A DNA stretch of 57,078 nt, filler included, from Bipalium vagum (lineage: Eukaryota), in assembly GCA_037834085.1 (NCBI GenBank). It is 3 parts of 3 records of this genome, joined end to end, with 100 filler letters (N's around TTAATTAATTAA, not from the genome) between each part and the next. Parts side by side here need not be neighbours in the genome. Positions count along the whole stretch, not along the records: positions 23,633 to 39,954 come from JBBMKC010116045.1; positions 40,055 to 57,078 come from JBBMKC010082025.1; 1 more part is not named here. One strand, written 5' to 3'. The position numbers and the translations under genes are program-made. Below, one piece after another: positions 38,050 through 51,690 of this stretch (within the stretch, counting starts at the first letter, position 1; each line of letters begins with the position of its first letter). Under the pieces are notes generated by a model. It worked only from the letters and a program-made list of their open reading frames with translations, was not told where the DNA came from and searched no databases.

Positions 38050-38890
38050 TTTTCCGTAACGAGAAATAAATATCTTAATCAACGTTAACATACTTCAGTC
38101 ATACGATCTTAATGATGTTGTTAAGATCATTGTATTCAACTTCCTGGAGAATAATTGATGAACATAAAAAGTCATCAAAGACGAAAACCAGGACTTCACA
38201 TTGATAAAATCAAGGAGAGCTTAGAAAATGAGAGTTCATCATATTCCATGTCAAATCAATCAATAAATAACATTGTTAAGAAAATGATTACAACCATTAA
38301 AAAATCGCATAAGAAATGACATCGTGTAAACGAAGCTAAATACATTGATCTGTGAAGATGGTATGGTATATGGTTTAATAATAAGTTCGAACTCCATTTT
38401 TGTTAATGAATCTTGATTTAAATTGCATTTGCGAAGATCACAAGCTTGTTCAAAGTGTTGAATCAGGTCTAATATTCTTATTGTTGGAGAACAAAATGTA
38501 TCATTTAATAGATGGTATTTGATAATCAAAGATGGCACAATTACTGATAAAGATTTTTCCGGCTATATAAGAAAACTATGTACATCTCTTAGTCATGTTA
38601 AAAGAATAAACAATGCCTGCATAATATTGGATAACATTCAAAAAGCAAAATATTTCGAAGAAATTAGAAGCACATTTGATTTTAAGTTTAAGTTTTAATT
38701 GGCTTACTTATATATGCATAATCCCATGGAAATAGTATTTACTAAATTAAAGAATTTTGTAGGATAAATTTTTTCAAAAGTTGATGGAACATTGTATGCT
38801 TTTATACTTCAGGGACTTCAAGCAATAAAGCCTGAATATTGTACAACTTACTTTCGTCAAAGTTACAAGAAATATTATTAATGCAATCTT
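38050..38890 (+). mobile_element. IS630/Tc1-like transposase remnant
   Basis: IILDNIQK and HNPMEIVFTKLK resemble DNxxxH and LNPIExxFSKxK. Confidence 0.6.
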
Positions 38891-38910
38891 TATGTATATA
38901 TTAGTATAGT

Positions 38911-39580
38911 ACAGATGAAAGGTCTTTAGCATCAAAATGAAAGAAACAACTTTATTGAACTTTTTACAAAAAATCTTTAAAACTAATCATCCTGAGCGAC
39001 CTATCCTGTCCTCCCATTTACTGTAGACTTTGTGCCAGTCCTGAGAAGAAATTTTATAAAAGAAGGTATGAACAGCATTATCCAACTCTTCTGTCGCAAA
39101 TTTTTTGTCTCATAAATATGTTTCAAAATTTTTGAATAGTCAAAATTCACAGGAGCTAGTTCTGGATTGTACAGTGGATGTGGAACCAACTCAATACCCG
39201 TACCACTCAAGTATTCGATCGTAAGTTAAGCTAATGTGATCCAGTATTATCATGGTGTAAAATTATCCCCGTTACACCACATTTTGGATGTTTTTCGGAG
39301 ATGCCCAAGACGACTTCAGACAAACATATGTTCATATATCAGTCTCCCATGATTTTCTCTTTTCAAATCTGACTACTTTAATTATTCCGGTCGAACAGAA
39401 AAAGTCTGCGTACATCATCCATTTTGAATTTTTCTCAGCTTTCACCACTTTTGGAATTGAGTCTTCCTCAAGGATTCGTACTTTGGCCTCACACGGTACC
39501 AATCGATTTCTTTTTGCACATTTTCAACCGTACCTCCATTTTTTTGACAGTGAGAGTGTGGGTCATTCACGGAACACAAA
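38911..39580 (-). mobile_element. Mariner 3' part, degenerate
   Basis: GIILHHDNTGSH and PHPLYNPELAPVNF motifs. Confidence 0.85.
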
Positions 39581-39954
39581 TATCGGCGTACACGCTAATT
39601 CGTTCGTCAAAAACGTGTTTACAAATAAGATCCCCTTTGTGTGGCACAAAATTAAAATTTTTTTGTACACAAAATATACATAAAAATCAAAAAATAATAA
39701 AAAAATTAAAGCTAAAAAAATCAAACTTTTTCTTAAAAAATGGAAACCAAAAGAAACGATTTAAATAACCTATGCAATCTAGAATTAAATAAAATACAAA
39801 ATAAATTTCCACAAAGTAAATATTATGAAATATATTTACGAGTAAAAAATTTTAATTTACAAGAAAAAGATTTAAAATCTTATTCTAAAGATTTATTATG
39901 GTTAATAGATAATTGTACATTTGAACCATATAAAAATAAAATAAAAAAACAACA

Positions 39955-40054
39955 NNNNNNNNNNNNNNNNNNNNNNNNNNNNNNNNNNNNNNNNNNNNTT
40001 AATTAATTAANNNNNNNNNNNNNNNNNNNNNNNNNNNNNNNNNNNNNNNNNNNN
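39955..40054. other. Artificial contig spacer N44-TTAATTAATTAA-N44
   Basis: Identical 100-bp layout to 23533-23632. Confidence 0.95.
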
Positions 40055-41729
40055 TCATTTTCGGAATTCATTTCTAAAATTTGATTTATAATTTACAAGT
40101 TAATGATTAAATGATTAATTTAAACAATGCAAAAAATTAATTTTCTAATTTAAAATGTAAGATTTGTAACAATTATTATCTTCCCGATTTAAGTGGCGCA
40201 ACCTGTATATATGTATGATGTCTATTTTTAGATTTAAATTTGTTCCTATTTTACTTTTGTAATTAACCTTTTTTTATTAATATATTTTTTAAAATATATT
40301 TTATTATTATATTATTATTTATTTAATATATTTTTTATTAATATTAAATTTTTATATATTTTCTTTTTTTAGTAACCTATTTATTGCGATTTCAACATTT
40401 TAAATATTTTTTTGAAATATTTGATAATATTGCTAATTATAATATTAATAATAATAATAATTGTTAGGAATTTTTTATTTATATTTCAGAGTTTCCTAAT
40501 TTTACATAAACTAAAGTAAAACAAAATTACATAAAATGTTTTTTATTTTTTTTACAATAAAAAAAGTCAGGGATCAAGATTAGATTTGTCAAAATTATTA
40601 ATAACAATTGTTAATTCTTTTTGAGTCTCCACACTATATTTATATTTAAATAATCATTTTAAGCGACTATAATTGGTTCCGAATTATTTATTATAAAAAG
40701 CTATTTATGCTTGTAATATACACCTTAAGATCATTCAAATTAATTGTTTTTTCTTTCATTTTTTCAATAGGATGTCAATAATAATAAACAAGAAAATTGT
40801 TTTACTTTAGTAAATTATTATTATTATTATCATTATTTTTATTTTTTTAATATTAATATTATTATTACTATTAATATTTATATTATTATTATTATGTTAC
40901 CAGTGATATCCTTAGGTAAGTTAACTTTCAAATATTAAAAAACGTTTTCACAATTATAACATAAATGAAAACAATGTCGCTGCTTTATAAAAAAGAATAT
41001 CATTTTTAGTTTTATTATTATTTTTTTTAGAATGATAAATAATCATTATTATTTAATTGGTTTTTGACATCAATATCATCATAAACGAAATCAGTATTCA
41101 TGGATACCAGATTGAGAAAGTTTTATTGATAGAGAGTAAATAGTAAGTCGTAAACAGTGTCCGAGAGGCAGGATTAAAAATATCTTTCACTTCAACAAAA
41201 TAGTTGAAAAAACATGCATATGTTTCTCTAAAATAATTCTGTTTTTTAAACAAAATTTGCAATTTAATAAATTTATCACCAATGTAAATAAATCTAAAGG
41301 AAATGAGAAAATGAAATGACATTTTTAATTAATAAGTTTTCCAATTTAATTTGCTTACAAAAATATCACAGGATTAAATCAAATGCCAAAATTATTTTAT
41401 ATTTAGTGAATTTTTTCTTTAAAATTTTATTATTTTGAACTTCATTTTATTTGAAGTAAAAAAGGGTTTTATTATAAATAATTATTTATCAAAAATATTA
41501 TTATTTTCAGATACGGATTTGTTAAAGAAATTCAAATCAAATATAAAGTAATATTTTATTTATTTATTTTATTCTTTAACTAAATTTTGTTATTTTTTTG
41601 TAATATAGTGTTTTCCGATCTATTAAATAATTTTAAAAAAGATTAATTTTTTCAAAAGAAAAATGACTGGGTAAGATGTCAATCCACAAAAATGATGAAT
41701 TCTGGAATTATCTTTTATAATGACTGGAT

Positions 41730-42849
41730 TAATACCAACTGCAGTACATGCTGATTTTATTTCAATCAAAGCATCTTCTCATTGAATGCTCTTTCATTAA
41801 TCTTAACAAACATTCTCACCTCTTTCCACCGTTTTGACAGTTTGTCAATTCCATATTTGAAGAAGGTTCACGATTTTTAATCGAAAATTTCTTCAATCTA
41901 CGCTGTTATTATATTTATATATTAAGATTTCTTCTTCATTTGCAAAAGTGAGACCAGAAAGATGGTTCAACATGGAGCGGGAAAGTTGAAAATCTGTTGA
42001 GGCAAAATCTGGAGAATACGATGGATAGGGAAGAATTTCTCAGCCAAGCTTTTCAGTAGCCAACTTTGTAATTGTGGTGACATGAGGCCGAGTATTGTCA
42101 TACTGTAAAATTATGTACTTCTTATTGGTCCTCCTCGATTGGATTGCAGTGTTTACTCGCTTGAGTTGTTCACAATAAGTTCGGCATTGGTTGTTTTTTT
42201 CGCAAAATTTCGCACGTGATTGTGGTTGCTTTTGTTTGTATCTCAAATTCATACAAGCATCATTTCTCACCATCTGTTACAATCCTGGAAGGGAAAGATT
42301 CATGTTGGCGAACGAGTAAAAATCAAAAATCGAAACGTTAATTTTTTGTGATTGTCTTTGAAAACGTGAGGCAGCCATGTTCCAAGCTTTTGAACTCTTT
42401 CCATTTTCTGTAGATGTCGAGAAACAAGTATGATCATAATCCACGGCTTTTCCAAGTACTCATGTCGATTGACGCGGATCACCATAAATCAATTGGTTCA
42501 AACAATCTTCATTAAATTCACTAGGTCAGTCTGACCGAGGTGTACCGCTTAAATCAAAATTTCCATTGTTACATTTCTAAAAAAAACCTTTGTACTTTTT
42601 GTTCACTGACTGCCTTTTCTCCATAAACGCAAAAAATAAATCTGGTTGCTTCTGCAGTGGTTAAATGTTAATTAAAATAGAAAAGGAGTAGATGCCAGAA
42701 ATTTTGTATTTTATCTAATTGACACTCCAATATAATGAGGGTAATGAAAGTGAAAGTTAGTCTAAAATAATTTAAATAGATAACTCAAGAAATTGGTGGT
42801 TTTTCTTTGCAACAAAGAAAACCTCACGAACTCAAGCAACAATTTAATA
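41730..42849 (-). mobile_element. Degenerate mariner element
   Basis: QKLGTWLPH, LQYDNTRPHV and PYSPDF-like motifs in order; left boundary uncertain. Confidence 0.85.
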
Positions 42850-44621
42850 TATTTATTCATTGCAGCAACTATAGAAATATCACTGCTACGAGCTACTGAA
42901 GTATCCTAAATGCTGATTATACACTTTTACTTTTTCCTTTACTAGATCTAGCAAAAACACAATTCTACTTCATCTAAAAAAAGATTCTTATCTTCAATGC
43001 TGATCTTCATTTTCCTAAATAATTATTTAAAGTTTATTATATTTTAGCAGTTTTTTCTAATTAGAACCAACGTGATTCTTCAAAGAGTATGATGAAATTG
43101 ACGAAGAGGTCTGTCAATTGTATTCAATTGATACAATCTCTCCAACTTCTCTTAAACCCAGGCTGAAAGTTGTTTTAATGTCGTCGTTATTCTTTATCCA
43201 CATGAGACAACCACTCGTTTTGTATTTCCAAGCTTAACAGACAATAGTCTTCACAGAATAATCTTCCAATGTTTCAGCTACAATTCTCTCCCTGTCATTA
43301 TTTGAAACCTTTGGTCTTCTCTGTCTTGGGTGCTAATTTTCTTCAACTTGTTGCGTTTGAATATTCTCCTTAGGCAGATTGAACATATTTCAGGTATAAA
43401 AATACATAATTTAAAGAAGACTATAGTTTTTCAATCAATTACATAATTTATCTTGATAAATTTTTTTAATTGATTGACAAGATTATTTGAGAGATCGAAA
43501 AACCCTATATATAAGGTTTTTAAATATTATCAAATATTATCAACATTTTATTATTTAATTTTGTTTAAAGATTTTAAAGTTTAATTTCGGTTGTTATTTT
43601 GTCAAAAATTGATAACTTAAGTTTTTATGAAAAAAAATTGTTTAAATAAGGTTAAATAAATATTGAAGAAAGTCGAATAATTACCGGACCGATGTATATT
43701 TTAGGAAATAATGTAACTGTTGCGTCCGGAAATATAAAAGAAACGGATAAATTTATTGAGACAATTAAACTAATTAGATTTATACAATTCTCTACGTTTT
43801 GCAAATTACTGTCGATTTTACACAGAGGAATGATATTTTTTCAAACAAAAGTTATTTTTTCAAATATCATTTACTAAATAATTGTTTTAATTGTCATTTT
43901 AACTCTAAGCGCAATATTGAAACTTGAAATGATTTTCTTCATCAAATTGAAAATATGTTCCAAATAATAAAATCAATGAAACTCTGAGGCTCTCTGTGAA
44001 AATGTTTATTTATAAGAAATGTCACTGAATGTGGCTAATGAGACTCCCAGGAGAAATCATCCTGATGAACTAAATATGCAATAAAACGTTTCTCTCACTT
44101 TTGATTAACCTCAGCTTCAATTTCATTTTCGGTTATCGATTTTATCTTACATTTTATAATTATCTGCTTCTTTTGTCACATCAAAACTTTCTCTTCCTCG
44201 TCTTTGTGTCGCATTCTTCGGAATGAGGTATTAGAAATGTCTCAGAAAAATGAATATTTTTCAAGCTTGTTGTTGACTGAAAAGTCCTTGAAAATTTTGT
44301 TTTACGATTTCTTTGAAAAAATATTTCAATATCAAATACTAATATAGAGAAAATTATTTATTAAATAGTTAAATAATAGGCAAAATTTTACCATTCAAAT
44401 ATTTACAGAGTAAAATCGATTGCAAAAAAACATTCTGTTTGCAGAGATATAATTGAAAAATCTACGTAAATAATATTTTTACAAGAAAAAATGACTTACT
44501 AAATGAATGACGGCAGTGAGCAGTTTTCATCAATATTTACATTTTTGATTATTTTATAACATTTTTTACTAAAATTAAAAAATATGTAATAATATTTGAA
44601 ATTGATTAATAATAGATCAAA

Positions 44622-44665
<44 letters not shown>

Positions 44666-44818
44666 AATTGTTATTATTATTTTATATTGATTATTGTTTT
44701 TCTGTTACATTAGGTATATGTATAATATTTGATTCATTTATTGGACATTGTTTAAAAAATTCCAAATAATAATCTAACAACTACCTTAAAATTGTACTTC
44801 GATAATTTAGATATTTTT

Positions 44819-45260
44819 AGGTGTACAATTATGACTCCGGCTTTTTTTAAATAAGAAAACAAAGACATTATTACAAATTTTATTTAAAAACATTTATTGA
44901 AAATATGTTCCATTGAAAGCTAGAAACTTTGCCCACCTTTCAGGTTACGAATGAATTTCATGAAAGAAAAACTCTGGCTCTGTTGATCAAATCCAGCTGT
45001 CAATCCAATTTTGGAGGTCTTCAAAAGAACTGAACCGCTCTCCGGAAAGGGCTGATTGCAAAGAACGGAACAAATGGTAATCCAAAGGAGCGATGTCTTG
45101 TGAATAAGGTTGGTGAAGTAAGACTTCCCACTTTATACCTTCTAACTAATTATTTAGAACTGAATTAACTTGTGGTCTTGCGTTATCATGTTGTGAAATA
45201 ATCTTTTCGTGTGTAGTCACCCATTCCGGTCGTTTTTCATTCAAATAAATTTTATGAAGC
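44819..45260 (-). mobile_element. Mariner 3' fragment
   Basis: TIR-like TAGGTGTACAATTATG; ISQHDNARP and PYSQDIAPLDYHLFRS. Confidence 0.85.
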
Positions 45261-45319
45261 CTTTATGTTTCTAATTTAGTTTTTGGTATATTAAGCGTCG
45301 GGATAAAATAAAATATCAA

Positions 45320-45550
45320 AATAGTATTGAAAATCACTGATGAAAAAATATACATTCGACAGTACATCAAAAATGAGTTTATGCAAGGCAAAAATGTTAC
45401 TGAAGCATTTAAATCAATATTCTCTATTCTTGAGGAAAATGTAGTTTCCCAAAGCAAGTTTAAATTCTGGTTTGTTGATTCAAAGAAAGGAAATATGATG
45501 TCGTTGATTGAGCACGCTTAGGTGCTCTACGAAGGTTGAAATCTGAAAAC
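45320..45550 (+). mobile_element. Mariner N-terminal fragment
   Basis: IRQYIKNEFMQGKNVTEAFKSIFSILEENVVSQSKFKFWF mariner HTH. Confidence 0.7.
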
Positions 45551-46769
45551 ATAGATAATATAAGACACTACACAAATGTGATTTCAACTGTTTTTATCAA
45601 GTTCTAAGATCTGATAAATCTGCATCTCTTTTCATATTTTTCCTATCTTCCATTTTTAAAATATATTAGAAAGTATTCATACTATATTTAATATCATGAG
45701 TTACTTTTTCACTTTTACTAAATTGTTGAAACGAAAAATAAAAAAATAATTTTAACACATGCATTAGTTACATAAAATCTAAGGATTTTAAAGGTGTTTA
45801 CTTTTCATTGTCCACGACTGTATTCACTTTTTATAGTTAATTAACCAGTCATTCTAAATGGATCTGATTTCATTATTCCAAAATAGGAAATAGAAAAAAA
45901 GAATTCTAAAGAATTATTCAAAATCCTTCTTCTAGCTCAGAGAAATAGTCATCATTAGTTTTTATGAGATATTCCTTGTTTTATTAAAAATCTTTTATTA
46001 CAAAATTTTAACATTATGATATCAAATATTTACTGCCGATATAAATATTAAAACGTTCCTGTAAATGTGGTAATAGAAAGGTTATTGCTCACCGACATCA
46101 AACGTGATTGGAGGTAATGGGTAAAAATGTTAGAAATCATCATGAACTAAATTGTAAACGTTATTTGTACCATTTTCCTTGTGGTTCCTCTTTTTATTAA
46201 AATACGTTAATCATTATGAAGTAATAAAACTTAAAAGGAGAAACAAATAAAGGTACTATCTACTTTATTTTAATATTAAATACTCAAGATTAATAATAAC
46301 CGAAGTGTTTGAATAAAATATTAAAAGTCTCGTGTAAAGATAAAATGTAACAACATTTAAAATAAATCCAGGAATTTTATATCACTATCTTATTCATTTT
46401 ATATTTTATTTTGTACTATAATTTTCAATTTACTGTTAATTACGAATAAAAGATTGTAAGGACTTTTTTTAAAAAGAGATATCCTCAAAAACAGAGTGAA
46501 CATGTTATCTTTAAACAATAATCCCTTCTCTAATTTAATCCTTCATTTCTAAAATAAACAGGCTTCTTCATTTTTAACAAGTGCTAAACAACTGATTTTA
46601 CAATAATAAACATCCTTCATTTTTCAAAATGTATTGTTAAATAATATATTTATGTAATATACATATACATATGATATACGGAAATGGTAAGGAAATTGTA
46701 CATTGATAATTTGTTCCATATCTTTCTTCTAGGAGCATTATAATATTCAGTGGAAATTTTATTTTTTTA

Positions 46770-47511
46770 CCGTAGATACTCGAATATAAGTCGAGGTTTT
46801 TTCCATAAAATTTGATGAAAAAAAAGTGGTCGACTTATATAAGAGTCATAGCAGTTTTTATGGCTGTATTTATGCAATGTATCACGTTGTGTTCATAATT
46901 GAATACTGGTTATCATTTATGTTTCGTTTTTTTCCAGTTTTTCTCAGAATCACAGTGCTACGCATGATAGATTTATTTCAAATTTCTCACAGCTTTTTTT
47001 AGCACGTTGCACACAACTCGTCTATATATAACCCATGTCACAATTATGAAATTCAGTCATTCTACACCCACAAAATGCCAGAACAGAAACGAAAATGATG
47101 TGTGCATGATGCTTACTTTAAACTTAAAGAGAATAAGAACAACAACAGCAAAGCAGTAAGAGAATTTGACATCTCTGAAAAATTAGTCAGAGATTGGTGC
47201 AAATCAGCAGTTACAATTGCCGAGATGCCAAAAACAAATAAAGTCTGTAGAGGTCATAAATGTTACCTATGATGCCATGTTTTTCAATAAAAATATATAA
47301 ATATCATCACGAATATTTTGCAATAAAGTATCAAAAGATTGACATTTTTTCCTTGTTATTTTATGTTATTTTCCAAGTGTACGAAAGAGAAAACTACTCA
47401 GTCATATATTTTTACCTCGACTTATATAAGAGTCATACAGTTTTTCACAGAATTTCCCATTTTTCTTCCTCGACTTATACTCGAGGTCCACTTATATTCG
47501 AGTATCTACAG
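46770..47511 (+). mobile_element. Internally deleted pogo/Tc2-like element, 742 bp
   Basis: TIR C(C/T)GTAGATACTCGAATATAAGT flanked by TA; internal repeats TCGACTTATATAAGAGTCATA; remnant DAYFKLK...NNSKAVREFDISEKLVRDW (Brinker-like HTH). Confidence 0.9.
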
Positions 47512-47674
47512 TAATTTTTCGTAAAAATCTGATCTTTACATTTTGCAGATTCCTTCATTGACATCATTTTCGAAAAATTTCATGTGATAAAAATCAATTA
47601 ATTTAATTATTGAATTGTGATGGAACTCAAGTTGAATCTAAGTTAATTTAATATGTAATTTTCTGTTGTTAAAA

Positions 47675-48440
47675 AGGGTGTTCTAACTTAAGATTACATT
47701 TTAAATTTAATTCAATTGATTTCTATTTGTTTTTTTAAATCAATATTTGTTGAATATGCAATAATAATTCACGCGGATTTTAAAAATGAATCGTTTTCCA
47801 TTGAAAGAGTGTTTATAATAAAAAATTATTTTATATAATGAAAAGTTATGCCGAAGTTGGCAGAAAATTTAGGTCTGAATATGGAAAGGAAAGTTGTCCG
47901 TTACACGTGACAAATCAACAGGTATCAAACAATTTATAGAAAGTAGCAAGATAAAAGATGAACCGCGACAGAAGTATCTTAGACGTGGTCATTCGGAAAA
48001 AAATATTGCAACTGTAAGGTCTAGTGTGAATAAGAAACCGAAAACGTCAATCTCGGCGTTCACAATAACTATTCATTCCAAGAATGACATTATTCAGAAT
48101 TTTTCTTGAATTCAAATAAAACCAGCAGTCTTTGAATTACGCGTTAAATTCAATAAAAGGGCCTTTTAAAAAATGCATGAAAATTAAAAATTTTCCTAAA
48201 AGTTATCATAAGTAGAATATTTTGAATTAGACGGATATGTGAACACAGAATTATAGAATTTTAAGAAATGAAAACCCATAAGAAATACTTTGAACACAAT
48301 TCCAACCACCAAAAGTAAATGTATTGTGTGGCTTTTGGTTGGGTGATGTTACCGGTCCGTATATTTTTAGAAAAGAAAGCTGGGAAAGTCTGTAACAGTT
48401 ACCGAAGCTCGATATCGAAATATTTTAATAGAACTGTATA
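47675..48440 (+). mobile_element. Tc1/mariner-superfamily 5' remnant
   Basis: TIR-like AAGGGTGTTCT; SYAEVGRKFR, NIATVRSSVNKKPKTS, FELDGYVN, KVNVLCGFW. Confidence 0.75.
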
Positions 48441-49699
48441 TATATTGATTTCTTAGTATTTATTAGGTGAGATAAAAATATTGAATAACTCTATTATAAA
48501 AATTAATATGACATCAAAAGTAAATAATTTGGAATAAAATCTAGATAAATTAAAAATCGTAAAAATCACAAAATTTTTATAATTGTCAGAAAAGGTAAAG
48601 TGGAAATTATTAGATAATTTTTACAGAACTCTATCATTGAAGAAATTAAAGCAATAATTGATGATAATTCCGGATTCTGTACAGATAATCCTGTAGAAAA
48701 TGTTTCCTTTTCCAAAAACATAATATTACTTTATTTTTATTTATGCGTTATTTGATCATGATAAAATAAACACGTGGCATTAGATTTATATCTTAAGAAC
48801 TCTATTTTTCTATAATTGCATTCTACAAAAACACAGAGGTGTGCTGAAATAAAAGTCCTCTTCTTCCTGAAACTTATTATTTTTTAAAATTTTACTTTAA
48901 TAATTTCAGTCATATGCCAACAAGATTATCCGGTTTTTTGCTGATATATTCAGCTGGCTGCCTCTGTTGACAATAATTGATAATTCGATTCTGGTCTGTC
49001 ATGGAGGAATATCTGCAGTGCTTAATTTGGAAGTGATTGAACGACTCGATCGTCACAAAGTAATATTATACATGATTAAAGTGCTTTATTCGATTCAGAA
49101 TTTTGGTTTCATTATTTAAAACAAAATCTTATCCAGTAAAAATTTTTCCCAGAAAGTAATTTTCTATTGATTTGTTTTTCAAATTAAAAACAAAAATTAA
49201 AACAAAAAACATTATGGAGATTTTACCAAGGTCTTGGGAATTGTGGTTAAGTATTGTCTGATATTTATTTGTCCTGAATGAAAAAGGTTTCAGTTATGAA
49301 ATATAGTAAAAGAAAAATTTTTATACATTTCTTATATTACTGTATTGGTAATAAATTTTTCAAAAAAAAAGTATTTTTCAGTGTAATCTATGAAAAGATT
49401 TATATAAATATTTTTTAAAACATTATAACTAGCACAGATATTTTAAATTAGAATGAAAAATATTTGACATTTTATATTTAAAATATTCATTAAATGGACA
49501 TGGTTATCAGGAATTTACAGCTAACATATTATTTTGGACAATGTTTTTTGGATTTATTGCAATTTGTAGGTAAAATAAAACACATGGGTGTAATGGTAGG
49601 TAATTTTTCACACATTTCATAAATAAAACTTATGTAAGATTATTTTATACAATAATTATTGTATTGCACAAATAAAATCATAAATCAATATGTACAAAT

Positions 49700-50110
49700 A
49701 GTACGAAGAAGTTATAAACATAACGAGTGGAGATTAAATATGGTGTATTCAATAATGAAATTCATCTATGGGTTATCATAAAATATGCTGATATAAGAAA
49801 TTTGAACCAAAAATTATCTTTTCAATCATATACAGAATAGTTAGGCAAGTCAGCACAATATACACTGATGAGGCTAGAATATATCGTGACTTAAACAAAC
49901 ATGTATACATGAATCAGTTTGTCATAAATATCAGTTTGTTGATTATGACCGCAATATCAACACTCGGAACGTCGAAAGCTGCAACAATAAGATCAATGAA
50001 AGGCTGAAGCATATAATAATCTCAGAGTTGATTTTCTTCAAGAATTTATGTGGTTAAAATACCATAATACCTTTGAAGAAACTATGAATTTGTTAATAAA
50101 AATATAATTG
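49700..50110 (+). mobile_element. Merlin/IS1595-family transposase remnant
   Basis: STIYTDEARIYRDL...HESVCHKYQFVD...INTRNVES. Confidence 0.8.
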
Positions 50111-50998
50111 TTGGTTGTCAATTTTATCTTTCTTGTTATTATTATTGACATTGGTTTTTTATTGTAAGTAAAAAAAAAACATTGGTAATTTTGTAGGTCA
50201 GCAAAAATATGTGGGTTTTTCTGTAGTTCATAAAAAAACTTTTAGGTAAAAAACATTGTCCATTATTTTTCTATTATTTAAATATTTCATAAAAATATCA
50301 ATTTTACGCAAAACATGGTAGAAAATAACTACATTTTCTGGAATGATAATTTTTTGAGGGGGGTGAAAATATTATGTAATATCACATGTTTTGAGTTTCA
50401 GGTATCATTTTAAAGAAAGAAATTTAAAATGTTTTCTGGTGAATAATTAGAAGCAATACCCTTAAAATGATTTGAAAATTTATCAAAATTTTGTTGTTTA
50501 ACTGAAAACATGTTTGGAAATATTTAAACATTGCTTAAGTTTCCATATCCACCAATTTTATGCAGTGAGATTATTATAATAAAATTTTTTCCTAACGATA
50601 AAGCTTTGTCTCGAATAATATTCTCATTAAACAGGTCGCATTTGCATTTATAAATTGTCAGCCGTTGGTATAATTCTTCATGAAAACAAATCGGCTTTTA
50701 ACTATTTTTTATTCTTTGTCTAAGTTGATGCTTCTTTAATATTTTCTCATTTCGTTTGAAATCCAATGTATATTCAATTAGACTGAAGACATTTCAGCTA
50801 TTCCAGTATCAGTTACCTTACTTTGTTTTCAGCATACTTCAAATTTAATTCTTTGGTTAATAGACAATATTATCCTGTTCTTTATAATTCAAATCAGTAC
50901 AAACGATGTGTAATATTTAAACAAAATTTTTAATTTTTTAAAATTTACAATTTTTAATTATAATTAACAAATAATAATAAAAATTATTTCTTTCACCG

Positions 50999-51690
50999 TT
51001 GCCTTTTAAATTGGGTCTAGTGAGTTTGTTCGTGAAAGCTCTAAATATAGAAGGCTTGGCATTTGAGTACATTCAAAACTTACGAGCTGGAGTTTTCATT
51101 GGTCCTGAAATAAAACAGCTTATGATGGATGAAGAATTTATTTATAAAATGACGATATTAGAGAAGAATATATGGATTAGTATTGTGTCTGTCAAAGAGA
51201 ACTTCCTTGGTAAAAGTATATATCTGAAAAGTATATTGGAATATTGAAAATGGTAATTGAGTGTTACGAAAATTTGGACTATAGAATGAGTATTAAGCTT
51301 CATTTCTTGCATCCACACCTGATTTTTTTCCTAAACATCTTGGTGCATACAGTGAGGAACACTCAAAAATTTCACCAAGATATTACCAACAGGGAGATGC
51401 GAAATCAAGGCAGGCATAAAGTGAATATTTTGTCAGATTACTGTTGGAATTTGGATAGAACCACTGATAAGAAGGTCAATAACAGATAGTCCAATAAAAG
51501 AAGATTCAAAAGCAGTCAAATTTGCTAATTCCAGTGTCTCCCAACAGCATTATATAAATAAATTTTTAATGTAATACATCTTATTAAGTAACATTTTATA
51601 TATATTTCTAAAATACTTTTTGTGTTTTATCCTGATGTGTTACAGAAAAATTATTACCATTTTTTAAATCAGCGCATAAAATGTCAAAAC
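50999..51690 (+). mobile_element. CMC/Chapaev3-like transposase 3' remnant
   Basis: KLGLVSLFVKAL, GVFIGPEIKQLM, MSIKLHFLHPHL, FHQDI..EMRNQGR..LSDYCW; frameshifted. Superfamily assignment is from memory of this motif family. Confidence 0.7.

Noticed and set aside
39288-39768. Plus-strand ORFs of 131 and 114 aa
   Set aside because: Antisense to a decayed mariner transposase.
40770-43880. Candidate transmembrane exons completing the ion channel
   Set aside because: Short AG...GT segments exist (e.g. ~40771, ~41511, ~43709) but none encodes pLGIC M1-M4-like sequence, and they lie across an artificial spacer.
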